Both the position numbers and the translations under genes were made by a program. DNA of 64,000 bases from a virus (Duplodnaviria > Caudoviricetes): the IMG/VR virus record IMGVR_UViG_3300027763_000059, positions 115-64,114 of that record; one strand, given 5' to 3'. Positions 40,200 through 49,209 of the stretch are shown here, one piece after another (the first letter of the stretch is position 1; each line of letters starts with the position of its first letter). The notes below the pieces were generated by a model that saw only the letters and a program-made list of their open reading frames with translations, was not told where the DNA came from and ran no database searches.

Positions 40200-40825
40200 A
40201 ACTTTTCTATTTTATTTGATTTCCTTAAATTGTCTTCAGCCCATAACGGCTGTATATTAGTATAATGATTTAATCTTATAACGTCTTCTTCGTTATTAGC
40301 CATAGATAATGGTATTATGTGATCTAAATGCCATTTACCATAATTTTCAAATGACATTCCTTCTGATAATTTACTTGATATGTATCCTGTAAAGAATCCA
40401 ACAGTGCAACATAGTATATCTTCAGTTTTTTTAGACTTTTTGAATTTATTATTAAATGATCTTCTAAAAGAATCTCTAATTAATCCCCTTACTCTTGTTT
40501 TGAATCTAAATAAAGAATCTGATTTTAATCTAGCTGTAGTTCTAATTAAAACCTTTCTGTTTATCTCTTTTTTATTTAAGTGATAATACTCTAATTTTTT
40601 TTTATTTAACTCTTCTCTATTTTTAGAGCTCCATTTAGCCCAATTAGCTTTATCTCTTTCTTTATTTTTTAGTTTATACTTTTTGCTTTTTATAGGACAG
40701 TAATGTCTTTTATCATCTTTTGCTTTACATTCTTTACAATAATTATAACACCCATCCGGTCTATTTCTAGCTTTACTAAAAGCTATATAATCTTTTTTTT
40801 CTTTACATTTTGCACATACTTTCAT
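40196..40825 (-). CDS. HNH homing endonuclease with N-terminal Zn finger
   Basis: CAKC/CKEC plus WHLDHIIPL...NHYTNIQPLWAEDNLRKSNK; very AT-rich. Confidence 0.85.
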   Translation of the reverse strand: MKVCAKCKEKKDYIAFSKARNRPDGCYNYCKECKAKDDKRHYCPIKSKKYKLKNKERDKANWAKWSSKNREELNKKKLEYYHLNKKEINRKVLIRTTARLKSDSLFRFKTRVRGLIRDSFRRSFNNKFKKSKKTEDILCCTVGFFTGYISSKLSEGMSFENYGKWHLDHIIPLSMANNEEDVIRLNHYTNIQPLWAEDNLRKSNKIEKL

Positions 40826-40828
40826 AAT

Positions 40829-40924
40829 AAAAAACCCATCGCTTTTCGAGGTTGCGGTCTCTACTCAGCAATGGGTATTGTTAAATGTTTTTAAATGTAG
40901 CCGCAACTCTACTATACAAATTTA
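40829..40924 (-). promoter_or_regulatory. Promoter plus structured attenuator-like leader of the HNH gene
   Basis: TAAATTTG at 40917-40924, hairpin 40834-40876 with U-tract, loop complementary to 40901-40907. Confidence 0.65.
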
Positions 40925-42354
40925 GCACAATCTTTTTTAAATATGTTTAATGTATAGTCTTTTTTATTTTTTACAGCTTTATATATATCTTCTTCAATTC
41001 CACCAACACTAAATATCCAATATACTTTATTGAATTTTCTTTTCATAGTAGTCATTCTATCTTTTGATTGGAAGTACGAAGTCGCACTGAAGTCGATGTT
41101 GTAGTACACCAAGTAGTCGGCATTTTTTAAGGATATACCCTCACGACCGGATACAATTTGTAAGGCTATAACCTGATATCCATCGTTGTCAAACTTGTCA
41201 AGCTCAGTTGTAAGCTTATCACCAAACACTTGCTTGAGTGCCTTGAGCTCTTCCTTAAACTTGTAGAAGACACCTATCTTAAAGGACGAAAACTTCGACC
41301 TTATAAACTCAGCCTTGCTTAGGTCAAGTATCATAGAGTTTCCACTCTCGAACTTAATGGTTCCACTGCATAGCTGATGTACTTTCTGCATAAGCTTCAC
41401 CGGTGTGTCGGCTAAGATTAGCTCTTCCTTCCCCTCAATCACCAAGTCTTTCTTAAGCTTCTTGATCATTGCGTAGGTCGAAGGCTTCAGGCTAACGTAC
41501 AGGATCTCCTCCTCTACTTCACTATCAAAGCCTGCTTCCTTCTGCGTGTAGCTTATCATGTAAGGCTTCATTAGCTCAAGAATAGATGGCTTTCCATCTG
41601 AGTAGTCTCTGATGCGTAGGCTGTTGATCATTCGCTCCTTCACGTTCACGTGCTCGTTTGCAAACTTGTAGAACGTAGGGCATCCTCTGAACGGGTTACC
41701 GGGGATTGCGCTTACTTGGTGATACATCTGTGAGTAAGACTCAGGCGTTGGTGTACCCGACAGCAAGATAACGTATGGCTTGTTGACTCTGATGAACTCA
41801 GCTACAATCTTCGCTCTATTACTTGCCTTAGGAAACGCACCCATACCATGGGCCTCGTCCAATATGATGAAGTCGTATCCGGTCTTCTCAATTGTGTGAA
41901 GGCTCTCGTAGTTGATGACGTTTATTCTAAACGATGGGTCTAACAACTCATAATCTTTTTGGATTGTTGATATGGCTTTCTTCTTGGTTACGAATAAGAC
42001 CTTCTTAGCGTTCAATAGCTCGCATATGCCGAGACTTGTGAGTGTCTTACCTGTCCTTACCTCCATCGCTAAATAAACGAAGTTATACGCCACTAAAATA
42101 TCATACGCTTTTTGAATAATTTCTTTTTGATAATCTCTAAACTCTATCTTCATGTTCTTATATTTTTCAATGCTACGTTTAACTTTCTCAATGGGTTCTT
42201 TCATGTTGCGATACATAGGTACCTCTGTAGATACAATGTTCTTACCTCTTCCTGAGGTAGCGATCTTGGTCTTACTCATTACCTTAAATACTGCGTTGAG
42301 TTGATCAAGCATCATCTTGTTGCTGTATCCGGGTATTCGTTCTATTGTATCCAT
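40912..42354 (-). CDS. SNF2-family helicase
   Basis: FRDYQ, MEVRTGKT, ILDEAH, LSGTP, GREGISL, QSKDR motifs. Confidence 0.9.
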   Translation of the reverse strand: MDTIERIPGYSNKMMLDQLNAVFKVMSKTKIATSGRGKNIVSTEVPMYRNMKEPIEKVKRSIEKYKNMKIEFRDYQKEIIQKAYDILVAYNFVYLAMEVRTGKTLTSLGICELLNAKKVLFVTKKKAISTIQKDYELLDPSFRINVINYESLHTIEKTGYDFIILDEAHGMGAFPKASNRAKIVAEFIRVNKPYVILLSGTPTPESYSQMYHQVSAIPGNPFRGCPTFYKFANEHVNVKERMINSLRIRDYSDGKPSILELMKPYMISYTQKEAGFDSEVEEEILYVSLKPSTYAMIKKLKKDLVIEGKEELILADTPVKLMQKVHQLCSGTIKFESGNSMILDLSKAEFIRSKFSSFKIGVFYKFKEELKALKQVFGDKLTTELDKFDNDGYQVIALQIVSGREGISLKNADYLVYYNIDFSATSYFQSKDRMTTMKRKFNKVYWIFSVGGIEEDIYKAVKNKKDYTLNIFKKDCAKFV

Positions 42355-42355
42355 G

Positions 42356-42694
42356 CTAACGTGTTATTATGTTCTTACACACAGCACACCTCACCTCATC
42401 GTACTCATAGCTTAAGATGTCGGGGTAGTCACACTGACACTCGTAGTCATTTGGTGTACCATCAAACTTAAACCTCAGGTCGTATACCTTCTTTAGATAA
42501 GCGCAGTGCTCGAACATCTCCTTGTCTTCAAAGTAAGTAATTATCATCTTGATATTACCTGAGTCTAGTGGCTCATCAGGTAGGTGAGCGAACATAGCAA
42601 TTGGCGACTCAACTATCTCATCGTAAGTTGCGTTACGTGTGATCAAGTTGTATGAGTTAAGCATAGCTACGTGCAGTAATTGTTTTTGTCTCAT
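42356..42694 (-). CDS. Hypothetical protein with C-terminal Cys cluster
   Basis: YFEDKEMFEHCA segment, CQC...CAVC. Confidence 0.65.
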   Translation of the reverse strand: MRQKQLLHVAMLNSYNLITRNATYDEIVESPIAMFAHLPDEPLDSGNIKMIITYFEDKEMFEHCAYLKKVYDLRFKFDGTPNDYECQCDYPDILSYEYDEVRCAVCKNIITR

Positions 42695-42876
42695 CTTGTG
42701 CTTTGTTTGTAATCAATTATAAATCCTATTGCTACTACGATATTCAATCCGATTGACGTTACAATCTCTGTAATGTCTTCGTATACGCTTGTCATTAGAT
42801 GGATGTGACCTATAGACCAAAACGGGATGGCTAGGTTCTGACTGATCCAAACTACTAAGAACGTAACAAATCTCAT
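42691..42876 (-). CDS. Small membrane protein
   Basis: 61 aa, two hydrophobic segments, ATGA coupling. Confidence 0.6.
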   Translation of the reverse strand: MRFVTFLVVWISQNLAIPFWSIGHIHLMTSVYEDITEIVTSIGLNIVVAIGFIIDYKQSTR

Positions 42877-43130
42877 TTTATCTCGTACTTAACTTTTATC
42901 TCTTGCTTGATGTCCTTCAACTCCTTCTTCATAGACTCAAGCTCTTGCTTGATTCGCTCAATGTACAGGCTTAAGTCCATCGCTTCTTCCTGTGCGTGAG
43001 TTAACCAATCAGTTAACTCTAGGTCATCACGCGTTAGCATTGTTCCGTACTTATTAATTCCTGCCTGACTACGCTCGTAGTACTTTGCCATGACCTTCAA
43101 TACGATTGGGTCTTCTACCTTCTGTTTCAT
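42873..43130 (-). CDS. MazG-like all-alpha nucleotide pyrophosphohydrolase-type protein
   Basis: RSQAGINKYG.....D...WL.HAQEEAMDLSLY motif; start likely MKQKVED. Confidence 0.55.
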   Translation of the reverse strand: MKQKVEDPIVLKVMAKYYERSQAGINKYGTMLTRDDLELTDWLTHAQEEAMDLSLYIERIKQELESMKKELKDIKQEIKVKYEIK

Positions 43131-43131
43131 A

Positions 43132-43437
43132 TTATTCTTCTGTGTTATTTGGTTTAAAACTAGGGAAATCTGAAAATGATAATCCATATTGTAAACTAAA
43201 CCATTGCATTTGTTTTTCTGCTAGTTTAGCCGGTGTGCGTAAATTTGTTTGAAGGTATTTTTTACCCCACGTTTGCCATTCCTCATTTTGAGCTATGGTC
43301 ATAGTATACTGTTGAAACCAATTATCTTGGCGCGTTTTAACGTCTTCAAATGTAACATCATGGCCTGCTATGATAAACATTTGGTTGATTAAATCTTCAA
43401 CAGATTTTTCTTTCTTTTGTTCTCTTGTTAGTCTCAT
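43132..43437 (-). CDS. Hypothetical protein
   Basis: 101-aa AT-rich ORF. Confidence 0.65.
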   Translation of the reverse strand: MRLTREQKKEKSVEDLINQMFIIAGHDVTFEDVKTRQDNWFQQYTMTIAQNEEWQTWGKKYLQTNLRTPAKLAEKQMQWFSLQYGLSFSDFPSFKPNNTEE

Positions 43438-43829
43438 TTGTCTAGTTTTTTGTGCAATAAACTTGACCTATAGTCTATCTCTTTCCTAATGATATCAAGG
43501 TGCCACTCAGCTCCACCATACTCTAAGATTGCCCATAGGTAGTCGTCCTTGATATCGCATATCGGAATATACGTTAGTGGCTGTCTGCCATCCACACCAC
43601 GGCTACCTCGTACGGCATACTTCCGTACAATCTCGAATGGATCGTCTGCGTATATGTATTTGGTCTCAATCTTCTCCATGTCTATGGCTCCGTATCTCTC
43701 GTACTCATTACCTCCATCAACCATGGCGCTGTTAGGGCATCCACAGGTATTGTAATCGTGCAGGCTGTAGCTTACTATTGTCTCGCCACACTCAAGGCAC
43801 TTAATCGCGTTATATACTATCTGTCTCAT
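43434..43829 (-). CDS. Zn-binding conserved phage protein
   Basis: CLECG...HDY..CGC...VDGG. Confidence 0.7.
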   Translation of the reverse strand: MRQIVYNAIKCLECGETIVSYSLHDYNTCGCPNSAMVDGGNEYERYGAIDMEKIETKYIYADDPFEIVRKYAVRGSRGVDGRQPLTYIPICDIKDDYLWAILEYGGAEWHLDIIRKEIDYRSSLLHKKLDK

Positions 43830-44074
43830 ATCATATTGTTTTTAGTGAAGTAATCTGCCACCTGACCGATGTCATCGAACTTAATGTTATCAAATCTCTT
43901 CTCCTCAAAGTTGTACTGCACAAGGCTTTGGCTCTTAACCGATCGCTCAAACGTACATATCTTACAGACCCTGTTTCTTCCAAGGTCTGTCTTCAATGTG
44001 TAATGCCTTCTATTCTCGGTGAAGCTTTCCAAAGGTAACATCCTTCTACAACTAAAGCACTGCTTCGACTCCAT
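43826..44074 (-). CDS. Zn-finger hypothetical protein
   Basis: CFSC...CKIC. Confidence 0.6.
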   Translation of the reverse strand: MESKQCFSCRRMLPLESFTENRRHYTLKTDLGRNRVCKICTFERSVKSQSLVQYNFEEKRFDNIKFDDIGQVADYFTKNNMI

Positions 44075-46472
44075 CCTCGTTAGGTTTGCGATTAATAACT
44101 ATCCATCTGCCTTTGTCCTCTCTGCCCTCAGTTGGCATGACCCCGTGCTTGTACATTGAGTAAGACACTAACCACTTGTAGAACTTCGTTCGACTGATCG
44201 TCATCTTAGCCTTCGGTCCGTAGTCAGGGTACTCGTTGATGAAGTCAAAGTATAGGTCGTTCTTGAAATACTTGATGCTTGGGTACAACCTTTGGTCATC
44301 CTTGTTGGCATCGTCAATCAATCCAACCCACTCAATGAAGTCATGACAGGTCTCAGCAGATAGCTGACGTATCTTAAGGTTAACGAACTTAGACTTAACT
44401 AATCCGGTGTTCAGGTACCCTTGTAGACAAGCTACCATGTAGTTATCAAACTCACACCAATCCTCATCGTTCCAATCTGCAAAGAAGTGACGGCCGAACT
44501 CATCCTGAGGAGTGAAGTTCATGTTGTAGTGCTGATGCAGTTCCAACTCCCACTTACGTCTTGCGAATGAGTTACCGGCTCCCTTGATTGCGTAGTTCGT
44601 TGTGATAGCTACCTTAGGTGACTTACTGAATGGTATCTTGATTGCGTCCTTGTTCTTCTTCTCAAGCGTTAATCCCTCTGTAATGACAGAGAACAGTCTC
44701 TCGAAGTCAAAGTATCGTTTAACGTCATCAAAGCATAGTATCTGTGTGTCTGCACTAAGTAGCTGATATGGGAAAGACTTCTCAAATGCGAACGCCTTAC
44801 CATCTATCACTACTAGCTTCTTCATCTGACTAAGCGCGTTCATGAACAGACCCTTACCCGTACCACCCTCAGGGTTATCACTGATCACCTCATCGTTTAG
44901 GATGACAGCCGGACAGAACGATAGGTTCTTGTACCCGTGCATAAGGAATCCAATCGTGCTCTCCATCGTAGCTACTCTATACTCATCGTTAGCACAGATG
45001 TTAGAGATGAACTGAACGTAGTCGCACTTGTCAGTGATGTCGCAGATGTTAAAGCTTCTGTCAATGACGTGCTCCTTCCACACGTACCCACCTAAGTCCA
45101 AGTAGTCGATGGTCTTTATCTCTCCCTTGGATATGTGAACAGCGCAGTTCCTGTAGTACAGGTACGCTGAGTCCTTGGTGTCCTCGATGAAGTAGATGTC
45201 AATCGTTGCTAACATAGATAAGAACTCTTCCTTAAAGAATCGCGTGTTGTCAGCGAAGTAGTTGTACACGTTGATGTCATCCAAGTTCAGTAAAAGGTCA
45301 AGGATAAAGTCCTTTATCTCCTTCTCTGATGTGTGGTCTATCAAGTTGTTAGTTACCTTCACGAACACGTAGTTCTTACCACCCTCCGGGCAGTACTTGT
45401 AGAACCCATTGTCTTCCAAGAACTGCTTGAATAGTATGTGTACTACCTTGATGATTCCCTTGTCGTTCTTTGACCAAAACGTAGAGTTAGCGTTCTCCTC
45501 CTCTACCTTGTTCAGTACTGAATCGATTGTCTCCGTATCCAAATGGGAATCTTGTAGCTGAATACGTATCTCCTTTTTTGATACACCTCGTCTTAGCTTT
45601 GCTTTGACTTGATTTACTCTCTCCTCGTCCTCGTAGTACTTGGTACCGAAGTTAGCTGTGTTCTTGTACGCTGAGTCAATTGTAATTGATATCTCAGACA
45701 ACGTGAAGTCTTTTGTAGCGAACTGATTAAGCACGTAGGATGCAAGGCTCTTGTTGATGCCGAAGTCATTGAACGCCATCGCTAGAATGTACGCGTTGTG
45801 ATTGCGTTGTCCCTCAACCATCGGGTGCTTCTTCTCCCACCACTTTAGTAGTATCTCAACTACCTTGTTCTCATCGGTGATTGGAATGGTAGCTATGTCT
45901 CTAAACTTTGTTACCTCTTGGTACTCAGGCTCCTCGATTACATCCCAAAGAGATGAGTTCTCGTTGACAAAGATTAACGGATCGTATGACTCGTAGCACA
46001 CGCGACTGATGTTCTTTGATGTCTTGTCGAAGTATGGTGAGTCAAAGTACTTCTCTAGGCTGTTGAAGTAGTTCGTGTGGTTCTCTGAGTCCTTAGGAAC
46101 TTTAACCAATACCTTTAGTCCGTTACCTGATGGTGAGATAAACACCGAGTACACGTACTTGTTCTTTGATATGTTCTCCTTGTCCTGAAGTAACTCCTTT
46201 TGTTTTTGGTAACCATCGAAGTCCAAGCAGATGAGACCGCTGTGTTCCACCAAAGAGCTGTCTGTACGCTTCGTAAAGGTACCGCTGAAGCAAACTGCAG
46301 GTAAAAGCTTTTTAAGGTCGTTACGCACGTCCTTACGCTTCTCTACGCGTATCTTCTTAACTAAGTCCTTGGACGCTCCATTCTTAATCCTATCAATGAT
46401 GTTCTCAACATCTCTGTAGAACGGAGTGTCTGTCTCCTTAATGTTTTTGAATATTGTTATGGTGTATGTCAT
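44052..46472 (-). CDS. Primase-helicase (VirE_N/BT4734-like primase-polymerase, PriCT-like domain, P-loop helicase)
   Basis: K..LP.V.FSG, HSGLICLDFD, F.SPSGNGLK, SRVCYESYDP, GQRN, Walker A GGTGKG, FDD. Confidence 0.88.
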   Translation of the reverse strand: MTYTITIFKNIKETDTPFYRDVENIIDRIKNGASKDLVKKIRVEKRKDVRNDLKKLLPAVCFSGTFTKRTDSSLVEHSGLICLDFDGYQKQKELLQDKENISKNKYVYSVFISPSGNGLKVLVKVPKDSENHTNYFNSLEKYFDSPYFDKTSKNISRVCYESYDPLIFVNENSSLWDVIEEPEYQEVTKFRDIATIPITDENKVVEILLKWWEKKHPMVEGQRNHNAYILAMAFNDFGINKSLASYVLNQFATKDFTLSEISITIDSAYKNTANFGTKYYEDEERVNQVKAKLRRGVSKKEIRIQLQDSHLDTETIDSVLNKVEEENANSTFWSKNDKGIIKVVHILFKQFLEDNGFYKYCPEGGKNYVFVKVTNNLIDHTSEKEIKDFILDLLLNLDDINVYNYFADNTRFFKEEFLSMLATIDIYFIEDTKDSAYLYYRNCAVHISKGEIKTIDYLDLGGYVWKEHVIDRSFNICDITDKCDYVQFISNICANDEYRVATMESTIGFLMHGYKNLSFCPAVILNDEVISDNPEGGTGKGLFMNALSQMKKLVVIDGKAFAFEKSFPYQLLSADTQILCFDDVKRYFDFERLFSVITEGLTLEKKNKDAIKIPFSKSPKVAITTNYAIKGAGNSFARRKWELELHQHYNMNFTPQDEFGRHFFADWNDEDWCEFDNYMVACLQGYLNTGLVKSKFVNLKIRQLSAETCHDFIEWVGLIDDANKDDQRLYPSIKYFKNDLYFDFINEYPDYGPKAKMTISRTKFYKWLVSYSMYKHGVMPTEGREDKGRWIVINRKPNEDGVEAVL

Positions 46473-46477
46473 CTTAA

Positions 46478-46630
46478 TGTCGATTTAATGTCGTTTTCAA
46501 ATTATAAATCCCTTTATTAATAAGGGTTATGTCGATTCTGTCGATTTTATTTCCTTGTATATAAGAATAAAAAATAATATATATAAATATATATAGAGAA
46601 GTATATAGAGAGATATTTTTTCTTGTCATT
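46478..46630. repeat. Iteron-like TGTCG(A) array plus AT-rich tract, putative origin copy 1
   Basis: TGTCG at 46478, 46489, 46530, 46539 around palindrome CCCTT-N7-AAGGG, then a TA-rich tract; next to the primase start. Confidence 0.6.
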
Positions 46631-46645
46631 TAATTCTTAGGGGTT

Positions 46646-46671
46646 AAAAAAGGGGAGCGCTAACTCCCCTT
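46646..46671 (-). terminator. Intrinsic terminator after the SSB-like gene
   Basis: AAGGGGAG-CGCTAA-CTCCCCTT with an A-tract on the left. Confidence 0.8.
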
Positions 46672-46692
46672 GACTAACTGATAATCAATAGG

Positions 46693-46992
46693 TTAGAACG
46701 GTAAGTCCTCTTCATCTTCCTCTTGCATAGCCGGTTTAGAACTGACATTAGGTCTCTTAGATTCGGCATTGGAATCATTTCCCTTACCCTCGTAGGTGTC
46801 TAACTCAAGGTATGGGTTGCCACTACGTCCGTACTTGGCATCTAGGTTTACCCACCCGTTCTTCTCGTTCTGACGTAGGAATGCGATAGCCTCGTCTACT
46901 TTGATTGATAGCCTACCGATCACGAAGTCCGGTGCATCTTCTCTTCGCTTGAAAATAAATCCGTCTGCGAATACTTTTTCTTTTTGTTCCAT
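46693..46992 (-). CDS. Single-stranded DNA-binding protein-like
   Basis: Small beta-rich protein with acidic tail EEDLPF, next to primase and recombinase genes. Confidence 0.65.
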   Translation of the reverse strand: MEQKEKVFADGFIFKRREDAPDFVIGRLSIKVDEAIAFLRQNEKNGWVNLDAKYGRSGNPYLELDTYEGKGNDSNAESKRPNVSSKPAMQEEDEEDLPF

Positions 46993-47010
46993 TGTATTTA
47001 ATTTAATTGA

Positions 47011-47127
47011 TTACTTAAAAAATATTTGTTGTATTAACGCGCCAACAACTAACGATAAGCTTATTGCTACGACAGCTCCCGTAACGTAGAAGGAGAACTC
47101 TTCCTTCTGTCTTTGTCTCCAACTCAT
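47011..47127 (-). CDS. Small membrane protein, 38 aa (absent from the ORF track)
   Basis: MSWRQRQKEEFSFYVTGAVVAISLSLVVGALIQQIFFK fills the gap between neighbours. Confidence 0.5.
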   Translation of the reverse strand: MSWRQRQKEEFSFYVTGAVVAISLSLVVGALIQQIFFK

Positions 47128-47128
47128 C

Positions 47129-47353
47129 TTACCAAGATTGTACGTTGGTGATGCAGTAGTCACTGCCGGGATGAGCGTTCATCCAATCACCTTCACTAAG
47201 GTAGAATGTCTTGTTGTTACCTGAGCAACTATTCCTAATTACTATGGAGTAGTCTGCTACGTTATCACTTTGAATTACACCGCAGTTGCAGTTCTCTTTT
47301 GTGCAAGACATCATCGTCAATGTGATTCCCGCGATTAAAATTAATTTTTTCAT
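47129..47353 (-). CDS. Small Cys-rich lipoprotein
   Basis: MKKLILIAGITLTMMS-C lipobox. Confidence 0.7.
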   Translation of the reverse strand: MKKLILIAGITLTMMSCTKENCNCGVIQSDNVADYSIVIRNSCSGNNKTFYLSEGDWMNAHPGSDYCITNVQSW

Positions 47354-47625
47354 TGTTCTTGTTGTTTAGTAATAACTAAATCCTAATTGACTTTGAGCAA
47401 GAAATGTATCTTCTTCCTCATCACTTACTAATCCTAGTGATATACTTTCACCATGGCAAGTACAAGTTGGATTTCCATCTTCATCTATTCCAAAGTAAAT
47501 GAAACCTGCACTAATTGGATTCATATGTTTGAAGTCACTATGTACCATAATTTCTCCAAAGACAATAATTTCTTTGTCTTTTGTCTTAATGTATTTTATT
47601 TTTTTCATTGTTCTTGTTGTTTAGT
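47345..47625. repeat. 26-bp direct repeats flanking one gene
   Basis: TTTTTTCATTGTTCTTGTTGTTTAGT at 47345-47370 and 47600-47625. Confidence 0.85.
47366..47608 (-). CDS. Hypothetical protein
   Basis: 80 aa, IIVF...H...PISAGF...C.GESISLGL pattern. Confidence 0.7.
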   Translation of the reverse strand: MKKIKYIKTKDKEIIVFGEIMVHSDFKHMNPISAGFIYFGIDEDGNPTCTCHGESISLGLVSDEEEDTFLAQSQLGFSYY

Positions 47626-47830
47626 TATCATTTCTATTTAAGATATGTGGTAAAAATTGCCACTTATTCTTTATTGTTTTGTTATCAAACATTTGCCACT
47701 ATTTTGATTTAGTGGCATTTGTTAGTCATACTCTTCGTTCTTGTACCTATCCATGATAAATCTCCATGACCTTATCACCTTTAGGTATCGTCTGTGCAAT
47801 ACTTTTTGCAGTGGGCTCGTTATTCTCATG

Positions 47831-48565
47831 CTAGTCTAGTGTCTCGTCAATGTAATGGTTGTCCACCTCGTCTAGCTGATTCTCTCCAAAGAACGTGTCG
47901 TACACGACAATCGCCTTCTCTACCTTTCTCTCACCACCCAACAAGAAGTTCTCTGTTGGTCTGAAGATACCTAGCTGACCCGTTAGCTTGTCAATCACAA
48001 AGAAGATTAACGGCTTACCGAATAGCTTTTGGTAGATGTACGCTTGGCTGTCGTAGTTGTACGCCTTCGCTGAGTACTTGAACTTGTGTATGTCGCTCGT
48101 TGTCTTTAGATCAATGATGACCTCGTCTGTTACGATGTCAGCCTTTCCCTTCCACATACGCCCTTGAATCTCACCGATTGCGGGTTGCTCGTACACATTT
48201 CCATCCTTGTATATCTCGTCAAAGAAGTAGATGTTTTGTCTCATGACAGATGCCAATCGCTCCATCTCCTCCTTCTCGCTCTGTAGCATACAGAATGGGA
48301 TGTTGTTCTCTGTGCAGTAGTCCTTGTACAGCTTTGTGTTGCGCGTGGATGCCTCAACGAAGTACGCCACGTCCGCCTTGTCAGGCTCAATCAATAGCTG
48401 ATGAAAGTACCTGCCCTCTGCGAAGTTCTTGTTATCCTCACGTGTTACACCAAACTCCCTTGGGTTGCGAAGTAGGACACCGATGTCTGAATTGGAGAGG
48501 TACTTCTTTCCCTCTCCACCATAGTACTCGGCATCGTTACGTAGGATGTCAATTACGCTGTCCAT
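47831..48565 (-). CDS. RecE/exonuclease VIII-like PD-(D/E)XK exonuclease (DUF3799-type)
   Basis: LSNSDI, GRYFHQLL.EP, KGKADI...IDLKTT, YNYDSQA..Y. Confidence 0.85.
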   Translation of the reverse strand: MDSVIDILRNDAEYYGGEGKKYLSNSDIGVLLRNPREFGVTREDNKNFAEGRYFHQLLIEPDKADVAYFVEASTRNTKLYKDYCTENNIPFCMLQSEKEEMERLASVMRQNIYFFDEIYKDGNVYEQPAIGEIQGRMWKGKADIVTDEVIIDLKTTSDIHKFKYSAKAYNYDSQAYIYQKLFGKPLIFFVIDKLTGQLGIFRPTENFLLGGERKVEKAIVVYDTFFGENQLDEVDNHYIDETLD

Positions 48566-49191
48566 TACTTGAACATATTTTGAATCATCTTACGGGACAG
48601 AGCTGATAGCAAGTACTTGCGACCTATCTGCTTAACTATCTTGTCCTCACCAAGTGCCTTGTTTGCGTTGATGTACTCCTCAATCTTAGTGAACTCAGGT
48701 GTGTTTGGCTTAAGGATTGGCAACTGCTCGTCCTCGCCCTCTTTCTTCTCACTATCAACTCTCTTCTTTGCTACGTTAGGCTTGGCTGTCACCATCTCAG
48801 GCATATCCTCACCCGTCCACAGCTGAAGTCCTAGCCCGTGCATAGCGATTGCCTTAGCAGTCGAACGCTGAATAGCCTTGTTCACGTCCATGGACGTTAG
48901 CTTGTCTAGTCTGATTGACTGATTACGGAAGTCCATGATTGGTAGGTAGTCGATGTTCTCCATCCCCTCTACGTCAACGCCAACCTTCACGTATGCCGTG
49001 TTGCCGTCTGTGAAGTAGTTAAGGTTTGTGTCAGGATTCTCATAGATAATCCTCTTGGCTTTTGGGTAGTTCATCTTTAGTATCTCCCATGCGTATGACC
49101 ATGACATATACTTTACGTTACCCTTCGTCTCGATTTTTTTACTAATGTCTACAGACGACAAGACATCAAAAACTGATTTTTGCTTTTCCAT
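48565..49191 (-). CDS. Sak3-like single-strand annealing protein (DUF1071)
   Basis: YMSWSYAW, LPIMDFRN, DVNKAIQR..AKAIAMHGLGL.L..GED. Confidence 0.85.
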   Translation of the reverse strand: MEKQKSVFDVLSSVDISKKIETKGNVKYMSWSYAWEILKMNYPKAKRIIYENPDTNLNYFTDGNTAYVKVGVDVEGMENIDYLPIMDFRNQSIRLDKLTSMDVNKAIQRSTAKAIAMHGLGLQLWTGEDMPEMVTAKPNVAKKRVDSEKKEGEDEQLPILKPNTPEFTKIEEYINANKALGEDKIVKQIGRKYLLSALSRKMIQNMFK

Positions 49192-49209
49192 TTTATTTGA
49201 TTTTATTGG

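Noticed and set aside
40834-40876. Hammerhead ribozyme (CUGA...GAAA)
   Set aside because: The core reads CUGAGUA rather than CUGANGA and there is no third stem or NUH site; it fits a loop-E hairpin better.
46677-46688. dif/Xer or att site (ACTGATAATCAA)
   Set aside because: No full 28-bp dif architecture recognised and no integrase; reported only as a shared 12-mer.
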